A stretch of DNA of 64,000 nt. Origin: Clostridia bacterium (GTDB taxonomy: Bacteria > Bacillota > Clostridia > Oscillospirales > CAG-272). The notes under the pieces are model-generated. The model saw nothing but the letters and a program-made list of their open reading frames with translations, made no database searches and was not told the DNA's origin. The DNA is taken from contig JAFXHU010000015.1 in the NCBI GenBank assembly GCA_017533565.1, forward strand, positions 640-64,639. The letters run 5' to 3'. Positions 19,011 to 27,986 of the stretch are shown here, piece by piece; position 1 is the stretch's first letter, and each line of letters opens with the position of its first letter. A program made the position numbers and the translations under genes.

Positions 19011-21380
19011 TTATTTTTTATCCTCGTCAACTCGTTTCCAAAAGGCTTCGGTGCGCGCCTTCAATTCCTTTGCATCCCCGACGTATTTCATTCCCCGCCA
19101 AAGTGAGGGAATGCTTTTTTTGTATATGGGGTCGCGGAAGCGGTCGTCAATTAAAAGGATAACACCGCGGTCGTCCTCCGTCCTTATGACTCTGCCCGCC
19201 GCCTGAAAGACCTTATTCATTCCGGGGTAAAGGTAGGCGTATTCCGTGCCCGCCTCGTATTTATCGTTGAAATAGTCGCGCATTGACTCTCTTTCGTAGG
19301 AAAGGGTCGGCATACCTATACCGACGATAGCCGCGCCGATAAGACTGTCGCCCGTGAGGTCAACGCCCTCCGAATATATTCCGCCAAGCACGCAAAAGGC
19401 AATAAGATACTTGCCGTCGCAGTTTTTAAACTCGTCAAGGAATGCACGCTTTTCCTCGGCAGTCATATCCCGCTTTTGGATAACGGTGTGGAGCTTCGGG
19501 TACTTTTCGGTAAAGACTCCCGCCAAAAGCTCAAGGTATTCAAAGGAGGGGCAAAATATCATATAATGTCCGCGCCTTGCGCTTATCATAGCGGCAATTG
19601 CACGGCAAACGGCAGGGGCTGTGCGCTCTCTTTCGGAGTACCTTGTCGAAACCGAATCCACTATCGAAACCGAAAGCTGTGACGGGTCAAAGGGCGAGCC
19701 TGCGGTAAGGCTGTCGGTTGTGCCGTCCGCGCCGAGAAGCGAGCGATAATACACAAGCGGCTCAAGCGTTGCGGAGAAGAAAACGGCGGCATTTCCCGTC
19801 CTTACTCTGTCGGATATTACACCGCCCGTGTCAATGCAAAACAGGCGAAAATTTAACACGCCCCCCTCGTAAAATAGGAAAAGACGGTATTTCTCGTCAA
19901 ATTTTTCAAGCGATGTGCCAAGCTTTTTGAGCCTGTAATAAAGCTCCCGCAAAAGCAGCGTGCGCTCTGTTGCCTCTCCGTCCTTATCGCGAAGGGAGGC
20001 TCGGTATGCCGCCTCCGCATCGGCGAGAAAGGTGTAAACAATTGTGTACAAATCGGACGGCGGATTGTGAAGGCATACCGCCCCGACCTTCTCCCCTCTT
20101 TCTCTCTCGTGAAGCTCGTCGCGAAGGTAGGGGAAGAACAAGCCTTCTATGCTATCCCTTGCAGTCTTGATTGCCTCCCTGATTGCGGAGTGCTGCGGCA
20201 AAAGAGGATTTGAAAGCAGCTCGTCAAGCTCCCTTGTCGAAAGCTCGGAGGAATACATTTCTCTCGCCCTTTCGGGGAGGTTGTGCGCCTCGTCGATAAG
20301 ATAAACGTATCTTCCGCCCTCGGTAAAATACCGCTTAAGATAAATTTGCGGGTCAAAAAGGTAGTTAAAATCACAAATTACAACGTCGCAAAGCTCGGAG
20401 TAGCAGAGCGCAAGCTCGTGCGGACAAATGCCGTATTCCTTGCCGACTCTTTCGAAATCCGCGCGAAGCACGACCGCCTTGTTTAAATTGTAAAGTGAAA
20501 GAACTGCATCGGGTATCGACGAAAGGCTTGAAAGTCGGCAGCCGCCGTTTGGTCTGCGACAGGTAAGCCCCTCGGAGCAAAGCGTCTCCTTCGAATAGAG
20601 GATACACGCCTTTACCGTCACCCCCTGCGACGCAAAAAGCTCAAGGCATTCGCTTGCCGCACGTGCCGCCGTATGCTTTGGCGTGAGGTAAAATATTTTG
20701 TCGCACCTTCCCTCGCCGAGTGCGCGGAGGGCGGGGTACAAAACCGATACCGTCTTTCCCGTGCCGGTCGGGAGTGAAGCACAAAGCTGTGTGCCGTGTG
20801 CGATTGTGCGATGCACCGCGTGGATAAAATCCGACTGCCCCTCTCTTATCGCGGGATAGGGAAATTTCAACGCCCTGTATGCGGGAAGCCTTTCGCTTAC
20901 ACGCTCGATTTCGGGAGTGGCGTATTTTTCGCAAACACCGATGCATTTGCTGAAAAACCTTTTAAGCGCCTCTGCCTTCGGCTGCTCCCTTTCCTCACAA
21001 ATCAGCTCTCCGTCCGCATTGTAGTAACGCGTGCAAAGCTCGGCTTCTTTTTCCGCCCCGTACAAATAAAGCAGCAAAAAGCCCTCTGCGCGCGTTCTTT
21101 CTCTGTCCTCCCTCGGAAGCCTTTTTCCGAGCGTGTCAACCTTTCTTTCGAGGGTGATGACACCGTCCGAGATTTCCTCTGCGAGGCCGAAAATCTCCGC
21201 GGAGTATCCGAGGATAACCGTATTTCCCGAAAGCCTTATTTTTTTCGCCTCGGGATAAAGCTCGCGGGAATATTTTTTCGCCTCGTCCTCTCTTTCGGGC
21301 GCGGAAATGCCGCGGTGAGCAAGATTGACAAGCTCCTTGATATTAACCGAAAGCGTTTTGCTTTCCACGTCGTATCTCAT
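19011..21380 (-). CDS. DinG/XPD (Rad3)-family Fe-S DNA helicase
   Basis: PTGTGKT, four Fe-S Cys, DEAHN, SATL, SEGVD and QAAGRVIR..DDRG. Confidence 0.9.
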   Translation of the reverse strand: MRYDVESKTLSVNIKELVNLAHRGISAPEREDEAKKYSRELYPEAKKIRLSGNTVILGYSAEIFGLAEEISDGVITLERKVDTLGKRLPREDRERTRAEGFLLLYLYGAEKEAELCTRYYNADGELICEEREQPKAEALKRFFSKCIGVCEKYATPEIERVSERLPAYRALKFPYPAIREGQSDFIHAVHRTIAHGTQLCASLPTGTGKTVSVLYPALRALGEGRCDKIFYLTPKHTAARAASECLELFASQGVTVKACILYSKETLCSEGLTCRRPNGGCRLSSLSSIPDAVLSLYNLNKAVVLRADFERVGKEYGICPHELALCYSELCDVVICDFNYLFDPQIYLKRYFTEGGRYVYLIDEAHNLPERAREMYSSELSTRELDELLSNPLLPQHSAIREAIKTARDSIEGLFFPYLRDELHERERGEKVGAVCLHNPPSDLYTIVYTFLADAEAAYRASLRDKDGEATERTLLLRELYYRLKKLGTSLEKFDEKYRLFLFYEGGVLNFRLFCIDTGGVISDRVRTGNAAVFFSATLEPLVYYRSLLGADGTTDSLTAGSPFDPSQLSVSIVDSVSTRYSERERTAPAVCRAIAAMISARRGHYMIFCPSFEYLELLAGVFTEKYPKLHTVIQKRDMTAEEKRAFLDEFKNCDGKYLIAFCVLGGIYSEGVDLTGDSLIGAAIVGIGMPTLSYERESMRDYFNDKYEAGTEYAYLYPGMNKVFQAAGRVIRTEDDRGVILLIDDRFRDPIYKKSIPSLWRGMKYVGDAKELKARTEAFWKRVDEDKK

Positions 21381-21646
21381 ACGGCACCTCCTTCTTTTTT
21401 TCTATATTTTACACCAAAGCGAAGTCTGTTGTCAATACCCTTGCGCTCCACACGCTCTTTACCTTCGATAATTCCGTTTTCTGACCCGTTTGACAAAAAA
21501 AGCAAAGAGAATGCCGTACAAAGCCTCCGCCGCGTTTTTCTTTACCGAGTAGCGGCGGCTTATTCGCCCGCCGTATGCCGTGATTGCTCATTGCGCTCTG
21601 CCGCGTTTGTAATTACTTGCGGTTAGTGCCACCCCGTGTTAAATTT

Positions 21647-21679
21647 AAAAACAAAACCCCGCGGGAATTTCCCGCGGGG
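21647..21679 (-). terminator. Terminator closing the phage-like operon
   Basis: CCCCGCGGGAA/TTCCCGCGGGG stem followed by TTTTGTTTTT on the minus strand. Confidence 0.8.
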
Positions 21680-21708
21680 AAAGCCGTACGGCTTTTTTAA
21701 AAAGTAAA

Positions 21709-22551
21709 CTATGCGTTACATTGTGTACGCATAAACGCCTCTAAAAGCCGACATTTTACCTTCATCCATTCTATCTCTCTTTCGCATACGTAGCTATATC
21801 CTTGCGAATAGCCGCGAAGCGCAAATGCGGGCAAGGGGCAAAGCCTTAACAGCCCCTCTATGACCTCCGCCGCGCCAAGACCGTCCTTCACGCCAAGCAC
21901 CACCGACGCGGTAAATACCGTGCAAACCGTCGTTGGAATAAGCCTCACGCACAACCCGATGAGCTTCGGGCCTCGCGGGTTTTTAAGCTCGGCGCTGCTT
22001 CCTTTCTTGGTCGAGAGCAGTGTGCCTACTCCGAGTCTTACCGCCGAAAGCCGCCCTACGCGCCGAAAAAGTCTTTTATCCTTTTTCGTTACCGACCCAC
22101 CCGAAAGATACCCTTCGTAATCCGAAAGAGTTTTGCCGTTAAGCGAAAGCAGAGCCTCTTTTCTGTGCCGTAATTCCTCGTTTACGTATTTCTCGATAAA
22201 TTTTTGCAAATCGCCAATCATCTCCGCCTTTACTCCGTCGCAAAGCAGGGTAAGGCGCTCCGCCACCGCAATATATTCCTTGCTCTCTCTGCCGAGCGCC
22301 TCTCCCGCATCCTCGAGAGAAAAATAAATCACGTAGGACGCAACGAGTATCAGCAAAAGATTTGCGGTAAGCTCCTTTGCCCCGATTTCGTAAAAGCCGA
22401 TTTCGGTAAAGGTTACGAGAATTACGATAAGTGCGGTAAGCGCCGCAACCATCTTTCCGCAGTTTTTTATAAGTGCGGAGTAGCCGCGCTTTACCGTATC
22501 GACGCCGCTTAAAAGCGCATGCTCAAAATCGGTATCGGGGTTATTCTTCAT
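21709..22551 (-). CDS. Membrane protein (2 TM + soluble helical region + 2 TM)
   Basis: Hydrophobic pairs near both ends; ATG 22551 overlaps the upstream gene; last gene of the operon. Confidence 0.7.
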   Translation of the reverse strand: MKNNPDTDFEHALLSGVDTVKRGYSALIKNCGKMVAALTALIVILVTFTEIGFYEIGAKELTANLLLILVASYVIYFSLEDAGEALGRESKEYIAVAERLTLLCDGVKAEMIGDLQKFIEKYVNEELRHRKEALLSLNGKTLSDYEGYLSGGSVTKKDKRLFRRVGRLSAVRLGVGTLLSTKKGSSAELKNPRGPKLIGLCVRLIPTTVCTVFTASVVLGVKDGLGAAEVIEGLLRLCPLPAFALRGYSQGYSYVCEREIEWMKVKCRLLEAFMRTQCNA

Positions 22552-22909
22552 TTCTTCCGTATCTCCTTGCAAGTCTAAAAAGGACTGCGCCGATAACGTT
22601 GCCGACAAATCCTATAAAGGAAATTGTAAGCATCTCTGTCGCAATTCGGGAGGCAAGAAGGAAGATGAGAAAAATCGCAAGCCAGACGGAATAGCCCGAC
22701 GGCGATTTAAACAACTGTCGCACGAGCTTGAAAAGCGGCAGGAAGGCGACGAGCAGTAATAGCACCGCAATTCCGGATAAAAGGTATTCGCCTCCCTTGC
22801 TTACCCAAATCGGAAAATAGAGCAGCACGGAAGCTGCGGGCGGAATTACCGAAAAGGCAAGACCGAGCGCGTTAAGCAGTACGTAGCCTCTCGTGTTATT
22901 CGTTTTCAT
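22541..22909 (-). CDS. Small 4-TM membrane protein (holin-like size)
   Basis: 122 aa, mostly hydrophobic, basic C-terminus. Confidence 0.7.
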   Translation of the reverse strand: MKTNNTRGYVLLNALGLAFSVIPPAASVLLYFPIWVSKGGEYLLSGIAVLLLLVAFLPLFKLVRQLFKSPSGYSVWLAIFLIFLLASRIATEMLTISFIGFVGNVIGAVLFRLARRYGRNEE

Positions 22910-23639
22910 ACGCGAGGAGAGCCTCCCTCATTTCGGCGATTTTTGCACCTACCTCGTTCTTTTGATATTGCGGAAGCGAGGAGGTCATAAATATACCGTA
23001 AAGCATATCTATCTGCGCCGCAAGAATAACCTTAAGCTTTTGTCTTTCCTCCGCTTCCGAGCTTAACGCGGCAAGCCTTTCGGAAAGATTATCAACCGCG
23101 TCCTCGATTCCGCCGAGGCAGTCCTCCGCCTGTGCAAGCCTTTCGCATACCGCCCGCGACAGCTCGTCGGTCTTTAGCTCGCCGCGCTCTGCCGCCTCCT
23201 TTATGCCGGATACTGCGGAGGAAATTGCGCCAATCCCCTTTTTGACAATAGGCAAAAGTCCGCTTTTATACGCATAAGCGAGAATGAGCGAGCCGACAAA
23301 GGAGAGCAGGCAGAAAATCTCGGTTGCATATTCCTTGACGGTGTTGAAAAGCAGCTCGAAGGGATTTGTGCCTGCATTGCCCTCGGGCAAGTCGGACTCA
23401 CCGCTTTCCTTTGCGGCGCCTTCGTTATCCTCCGCCGCGGTTGCGTAGGTTGGGTCATCGGTGACGTCCTCGGAATTTGAAAAATCCGAGAGATGGGAGG
23501 TCGTTCCGCCCTCAAAGGCTTCGGCATATACCGTACCCCGTGTTAAATTTTTGGGGCTGTAATCGGCAAATGCAGTTACCCCGCCGAGCAGAACGGCAAG
23601 AATTGCCACCACCGTAAAAATGTAAATAATTCTTTTCAT
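22896..23639 (-). CDS. Signal peptide + acidic linker + TM + coiled-coil protein
   Basis: MKRIIYIFTVVAILAVLLGGVTAFA signal; TM around IFCLLSFVGSLILAYAY; heptad-like C-terminal region. Confidence 0.7.
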   Translation of the reverse strand: MKRIIYIFTVVAILAVLLGGVTAFADYSPKNLTRGTVYAEAFEGGTTSHLSDFSNSEDVTDDPTYATAAEDNEGAAKESGESDLPEGNAGTNPFELLFNTVKEYATEIFCLLSFVGSLILAYAYKSGLLPIVKKGIGAISSAVSGIKEAAERGELKTDELSRAVCERLAQAEDCLGGIEDAVDNLSERLAALSSEAEERQKLKVILAAQIDMLYGIFMTSSLPQYQKNEVGAKIAEMREALLAYENE

Positions 23640-24034
23640 TATCCAAACAGAGCGTTACCCTTTATTAGGGCGTAAAGCTCATTCGTCCTTTCTTTGATTT
23701 CTTTTATTTCGCCTTCAAGCGCCCTTATTCTCGAAAGGCTTATTCTGTGGATTTTATCCACCGTGGGGGCGGGTGTAATTCTCTCTCCCGTGATAATAAG
23801 CGGCTCAAGCAGAAGCTCGCCTCTTTCGGTAATAAGATACGGCGTGTAATGTCCGTCCCCCATTCCCTTCGTGCTAAAGCTTCCTCTGCCGTTTTGAATT
23901 TCCACCCGTCTTGGGCCTATCATAACAATGCCGCACGTGCCCTCGCCAAGCACAAGCTCTACGGCACTGCCCCTGCCCGAGATGCTTTTCCATTCGCCGT
24001 ATGCGGGAGTTAAAATATATTCAACCGTAATCAT
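23639..24034 (-). CDS. Hypothetical protein, beta-rich with C-terminal coiled coil
   Basis: Overlaps both neighbours (ATGA and TAATG junctions). Confidence 0.65.
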   Translation of the reverse strand: MITVEYILTPAYGEWKSISGRGSAVELVLGEGTCGIVMIGPRRVEIQNGRGSFSTKGMGDGHYTPYLITERGELLLEPLIITGERITPAPTVDKIHRISLSRIRALEGEIKEIKERTNELYALIKGNALFG

Positions 24035-24417
24035 GATTCAAGCTCCAATTTCTCAAGGCATCTGTCGATATCCTTGCGCAGGTTCGCAAGAAAATAAGCG
24101 AGATTTCCGTCCCCCACGGGAATATAGGCGAGTATTTTTCCGCTTCCGAACCAGTCGATAAAATCGCGAAGGCTGACCTCCTCGCCGAGTCCGACCTTTA
24201 TGGCGTGTGCAACGGAGTCAGCGCCCTCCGCCGAAATATCGTCGATAAGCTCGTTGAACCTTTGCATAAGGTAAAGCGGAAGTCTGTCGAATGCCTCCTT
24301 CATCTCCCTTGCGCTAAAGCCGCTGCCGCCGTATTCCTCGGGCGCTGTGGGGCGGTTGGGAAGTGATGCAACCTTAAGAAGCTCAATTTCCTCGTCGGTT
24401 ATTGTTTTTGCTTTCAT
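24031..24417 (-). CDS. Hypothetical protein resembling a tail-fibre N-terminal anchor
   Basis: VASLPNRPT...SAREMKEAFD segment; AGAAAGGA RBS; position after the nozzle gene. Confidence 0.5.
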   Translation of the reverse strand: MKAKTITDEEIELLKVASLPNRPTAPEEYGGSGFSAREMKEAFDRLPLYLMQRFNELIDDISAEGADSVAHAIKVGLGEEVSLRDFIDWFGSGKILAYIPVGDGNLAYFLANLRKDIDRCLEKLELES

Positions 24418-24429
24418 AATATTCCTTTC

Positions 24430-27087
24430 TTACGTGTGCTTAATCCGTCCTTTTATTTTGTATCTAAAGGATATGCCGTGAAGCGAAATCGGAGAGGACG
24501 GTGCCTCCGAATAAATTGCAATATCCTTTTCAATCCAATCCTTTTCCTTTTCGGCAACCGCAACGGTTTGGTCCATTTCGGGATTGAGCGAAAGGCGGGC
24601 AAAATCTATGTCCAAGAAGCAAAGAGCGCGTCCGCCAATACTAACGAATTCGGAGTATTTTCCCTTGTCGGTCGTGGCTTTGCAGGTGGGAAGCGCAACG
24701 GTTGCGCGTCCGAGCTTTACGGTGAGCGAGGATTTTACCGTGCTTTTGGTAAGATGCGGCACGCCGCAGTCGGTTTTTACCGTTTTGATGACGTAACGCG
24801 GAGCTATCCCGTCGAAGCTGTATAGGGAGGGGTGAAGCCTTCTGCCGTAAATCTCGCGGTATTCCGCCTCGGTTATTCCCATTCGGATAAGATAGTCCTC
24901 CGAGAGGGGGACGGAGCGCATGTCGTTATTGAAAACGAAAACCGTCCCGTTTGCCGTAAAGTAGAGCCTTCCGTCAACGGCAAGGTATTTTTCCGCCGCC
25001 ATAAAGTCGGTATAGCCGTATTCCTCGGTCGGGTAAACGGCGTATCGCGTTTCGCCCCCGTAGGTGAAGTAAAAGGTTTTTCCGTCCTTCGCGTAGGAGT
25101 AAACGGTAGTATCTACGGGCAAATCTGCGTATTCGGGAGAGAGCGAAAGCTCCGGGTCGGTAACGTAGGAGCAGTAGCGGTAAACCTGCTTTTTGCCGAG
25201 ATACGCACCTACTCCGTTGATTATGAACCACTCGTATTCGGTGCCGTTGTTTCTTCCCGTAAAGGTCGCGCGTGTGTCGGCAAGATAAATTCGCGAGTGG
25301 GAGCATACGGCAATATATCCCATCCAGTCGAAAAGCTGTGCCTCCGAAAGCCTCTCTCCGAGAAGGCGGGAGGTCACGTTTGAGGAGCGAAGGCAGATAT
25401 CTCTTTCAAGATTTGTCGCCTGCTTTTCTATTGCACAAAGTCCGCGCGGCGAGATAAAAAGCGGTGCATCCGCCGCGGCAACCGCCGCCCCGTGACAGCT
25501 TTCGCCCGAAAACGCATCGTAAACCGGATATATTCGCGGGAGAACGTCAATCCCCGTGTCCTCTCCCTTATGGAAAAAGATGCTGCCCATCGGGTCGTTT
25601 TCCTTTTTGAAAACGTAAAGCCCGTCACCTACCGAAAGAAGCGCGCTTACCGCTACGCCCTTTGAGCCGTCGTTAAAGTAGTTATGCTCGCCGAAATAAA
25701 GCGCAGAGGCTTCGCCAAAGCGGGTGCGCGAGCAATAAAATACCGTACCGGGGAGCTTCGGATTGCCCGCAAGGAAGACTCGCCCGTCGTAAAGGGCGGC
25801 TACCGTACAGCCCTCGATAAGCCCGCGACCGCTTATATCGCCGCCCTCGTCGCTGCCGTTAAAGCTCGAAAAAAGCTCGGGCAGACGTCCGCTTACGCAA
25901 AGGCGGGAGCCGTTGTACTGCCAATGCTTTTCAAGACGGAGGGTTATTCCGCAGGGCGCGCCCTCCTTGATTTTTACCTCGAAATCAACCGAAGCACCGT
26001 CAACAGTGACAAGCTCCACCGCATCGAATTTAGCGTTGAGAGGGAGATAAAGAGAGAGGGACTCGTCAACCGTGCCGTAAAGCTTTTCCGCCGCACCGAT
26101 TGCCTCCACGCCCTCGATTTTTGAAAGCTCCTCCGCCGTTCCCTCGTAATAAACCCGATTGAGGCTTAAGGAGGCGGCAAAGGCGGCAGCACCTATTCGG
26201 TAAAGCCCGCCTCGCAGGTACACCTCGCTTAAGGACGGACAGCTGTTAAACGCCGTATCGTCTATGACGTTGAGCGTGGATGGAGTGGACACCGTGCGTA
26301 TTCCGTCACAGCCGAAAAAGGACATTTTGCCGATTCTTCGCACACCCTCGCCGATTTTAACGGAGGTGATTTCGGTGTTGCCCCTAAACGCGCTGTCGGC
26401 AATTTCGTCAACTCGGTAAAGCACTCCGCCGATGCGCTTTCTTCCGGGAATAAAAACCTCCCCCGAAAGTCCCGCATCCGCACCGCTTACCGCACAGGTA
26501 AACGCCTCTGCATCGGTAATGCTGTAGCGAAGCTTGTCGCTTTCAGGCTCTAACTCGCGCCCATCGACAACGTCAAATTCCTCGGTTGTCGAGTCGGTAA
26601 GCAGGTTTCGCGCCTCAAGCCTCTCGCCGTTTAAATACAGCGTCGGAACGTAGGGCGGAGGCTCGGCATCGAGAACGGTATCCGCATCAAGCCTTTTGTA
26701 AAGCCTTCTTACCCTCTCGCCGTCGAGAATATAGGTGTGGTCCTCAAACGGAAAGCTGCAAAGCAGTTTTTGCGGAAGGCTTCCGCGGCTTTTGGGAGTG
26801 CCGCCCTCGCCGTCAAGGCTGTAAAGTGAGCCTCCCGACTGAACCAAAATGTCCCCGAAATGTGAAAGCATAGCCTCCACACTTGAGCCGAAAGCGGCGA
26901 GCCTCCTGTAGCCGGGCACACTTACTATCGCGGAGGGCGTGTCGCTTTCGTAGTCGCGAAACACGTTCTCGCAGTAGGCAAGACGGCTTTTAACCGAGCT
27001 GTTTCCCTCGGGTGCGATTCCGCGAAAGCCCGAGAAGCTTTCGGTATATTCGGCGGTTGATTTGATGATGTTTCTCATTTTAGCCAT
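24430..27087 (-). CDS. Putative tail nozzle/stabilisation protein (P22 gp10 / T7 gp12 position) with BspA-type LRR insert
   Basis: N-terminal FSGFRG, propeller-like segments (GRVFLAGN, LYVFK, PLFISPRG), and internal repeats I...AF..C..L..V. Confidence 0.65.
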   Translation of the reverse strand: MAKMRNIIKSTAEYTESFSGFRGIAPEGNSSVKSRLAYCENVFRDYESDTPSAIVSVPGYRRLAAFGSSVEAMLSHFGDILVQSGGSLYSLDGEGGTPKSRGSLPQKLLCSFPFEDHTYILDGERVRRLYKRLDADTVLDAEPPPYVPTLYLNGERLEARNLLTDSTTEEFDVVDGRELEPESDKLRYSITDAEAFTCAVSGADAGLSGEVFIPGRKRIGGVLYRVDEIADSAFRGNTEITSVKIGEGVRRIGKMSFFGCDGIRTVSTPSTLNVIDDTAFNSCPSLSEVYLRGGLYRIGAAAFAASLSLNRVYYEGTAEELSKIEGVEAIGAAEKLYGTVDESLSLYLPLNAKFDAVELVTVDGASVDFEVKIKEGAPCGITLRLEKHWQYNGSRLCVSGRLPELFSSFNGSDEGGDISGRGLIEGCTVAALYDGRVFLAGNPKLPGTVFYCSRTRFGEASALYFGEHNYFNDGSKGVAVSALLSVGDGLYVFKKENDPMGSIFFHKGEDTGIDVLPRIYPVYDAFSGESCHGAAVAAADAPLFISPRGLCAIEKQATNLERDICLRSSNVTSRLLGERLSEAQLFDWMGYIAVCSHSRIYLADTRATFTGRNNGTEYEWFIINGVGAYLGKKQVYRYCSYVTDPELSLSPEYADLPVDTTVYSYAKDGKTFYFTYGGETRYAVYPTEEYGYTDFMAAEKYLAVDGRLYFTANGTVFVFNNDMRSVPLSEDYLIRMGITEAEYREIYGRRLHPSLYSFDGIAPRYVIKTVKTDCGVPHLTKSTVKSSLTVKLGRATVALPTCKATTDKGKYSEFVSIGGRALCFLDIDFARLSLNPEMDQTVAVAEKEKDWIEKDIAIYSEAPSSPISLHGISFRYKIKGRIKHT

Positions 27088-27088
27088 A

Positions 27089-27922
27089 TCACGCCCACCC
27101 GTTCGTTTTGTATTGCCTGTCGCGGGACGGAGGCTCTATGCGCTTCAGCCTGTTGATTCCGTCGCGGTAGAGTGCCATATAGTACTGCGCCTTTCCCTCG
27201 TCGTCGTCAAGCCATACGAAGGAGGCGACGAGCAGGGGGAAAAGCTGCTCCGTACCCGCGGGAAGGTCGAGTGCCTCCGCGTTCTTTTGAGGTGCGGCGG
27301 GAGTCCTGCAGTATTCTATTTCAATCTCTCCGTCGAGCGTGAAGGGAAGGTAAAGCCTTCCGCCCCGCGCCGTAAGCTCAAGCCCCGACATATTACCGCT
27401 TACGCAAATCGGCGTGCTTGAAAGATGGCTGAAATTTCCGATAAGGAGGGAAAGGTCAACTGCTCTTTTCTCCGAATACTCGGGAACGTCGCGAAGCGAT
27501 GCGAAGCCGCCATCAAAGGATGCGAGCGCGGTTATCTCGTAGTCAACCGCACCGCTAAAGCGGATAATTCCCCGACCGCTTGGGAGTGCGCCGCTTACAA
27601 CTCCGCTTGCACGGCTGAAGGCTTGAAGCTCCTCCGTTTCTCCGCCGATTACGGTGTATTCGCCCTCACCGCTCGGGCGAAAGGAAAAGGCACTGCCGTA
27701 AAGCTCGTATTCCTCCGTCCTGCCTCCCGTGTGGCATACGTTTTTGTAAAGCCGAGTCATTCGCGGTGCGCGAACGTAAATCCTTTTGATATCGGTTTGC
27801 GGAGCGTCGAGGTTAATTATGGCAAGCGCGCGCTCGGTGGCGCGAAAAAACGCATCGTCGTCGGAAACCGTTCTCTCAAAGCCAAGTCCCGCGACCTGTG
27901 CCTTTAATTCATTGTAGGTCAT
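27089..27922 (-). CDS. Putative head-tail adaptor (P22 gp4 / T7 gp11 position)
   Basis: MTYNELK start after AAGGAG; C-terminal LFPLLVASFVWLDDD..KAQYY...Y helix; follows the capsid gene. Confidence 0.6.
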   Translation of the reverse strand: MTYNELKAQVAGLGFERTVSDDDAFFRATERALAIINLDAPQTDIKRIYVRAPRMTRLYKNVCHTGGRTEEYELYGSAFSFRPSGEGEYTVIGGETEELQAFSRASGVVSGALPSGRGIIRFSGAVDYEITALASFDGGFASLRDVPEYSEKRAVDLSLLIGNFSHLSSTPICVSGNMSGLELTARGGRLYLPFTLDGEIEIEYCRTPAAPQKNAEALDLPAGTEQLFPLLVASFVWLDDDEGKAQYYMALYRDGINRLKRIEPPSRDRQYKTNGWA

Positions 27923-27954
27923 ATTTCTCCTTTCTTCAAAAAGATTTAGAATAA

Positions 27955-27979
27955 CGGGCGCCAAGCTAAATGGCGCCCG
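27955..27979 (-). terminator. Hairpin after the capsid gene (probable attenuator of tail genes)
   Basis: CGGGCGCCA-loop-TGGCGCCCG followed by TTATTCT on the minus strand. Confidence 0.6.
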
Positions 27980-27986
27980 AAGAGAA

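Noticed and set aside
19011-21380. Helicase as the replication gene of the phage-like module
   Set aside because: Typical host DinG/XPD-family gene with its own promoter (TTGACA-18-TAAAAT, 21406-21435), separated from the module by a terminator
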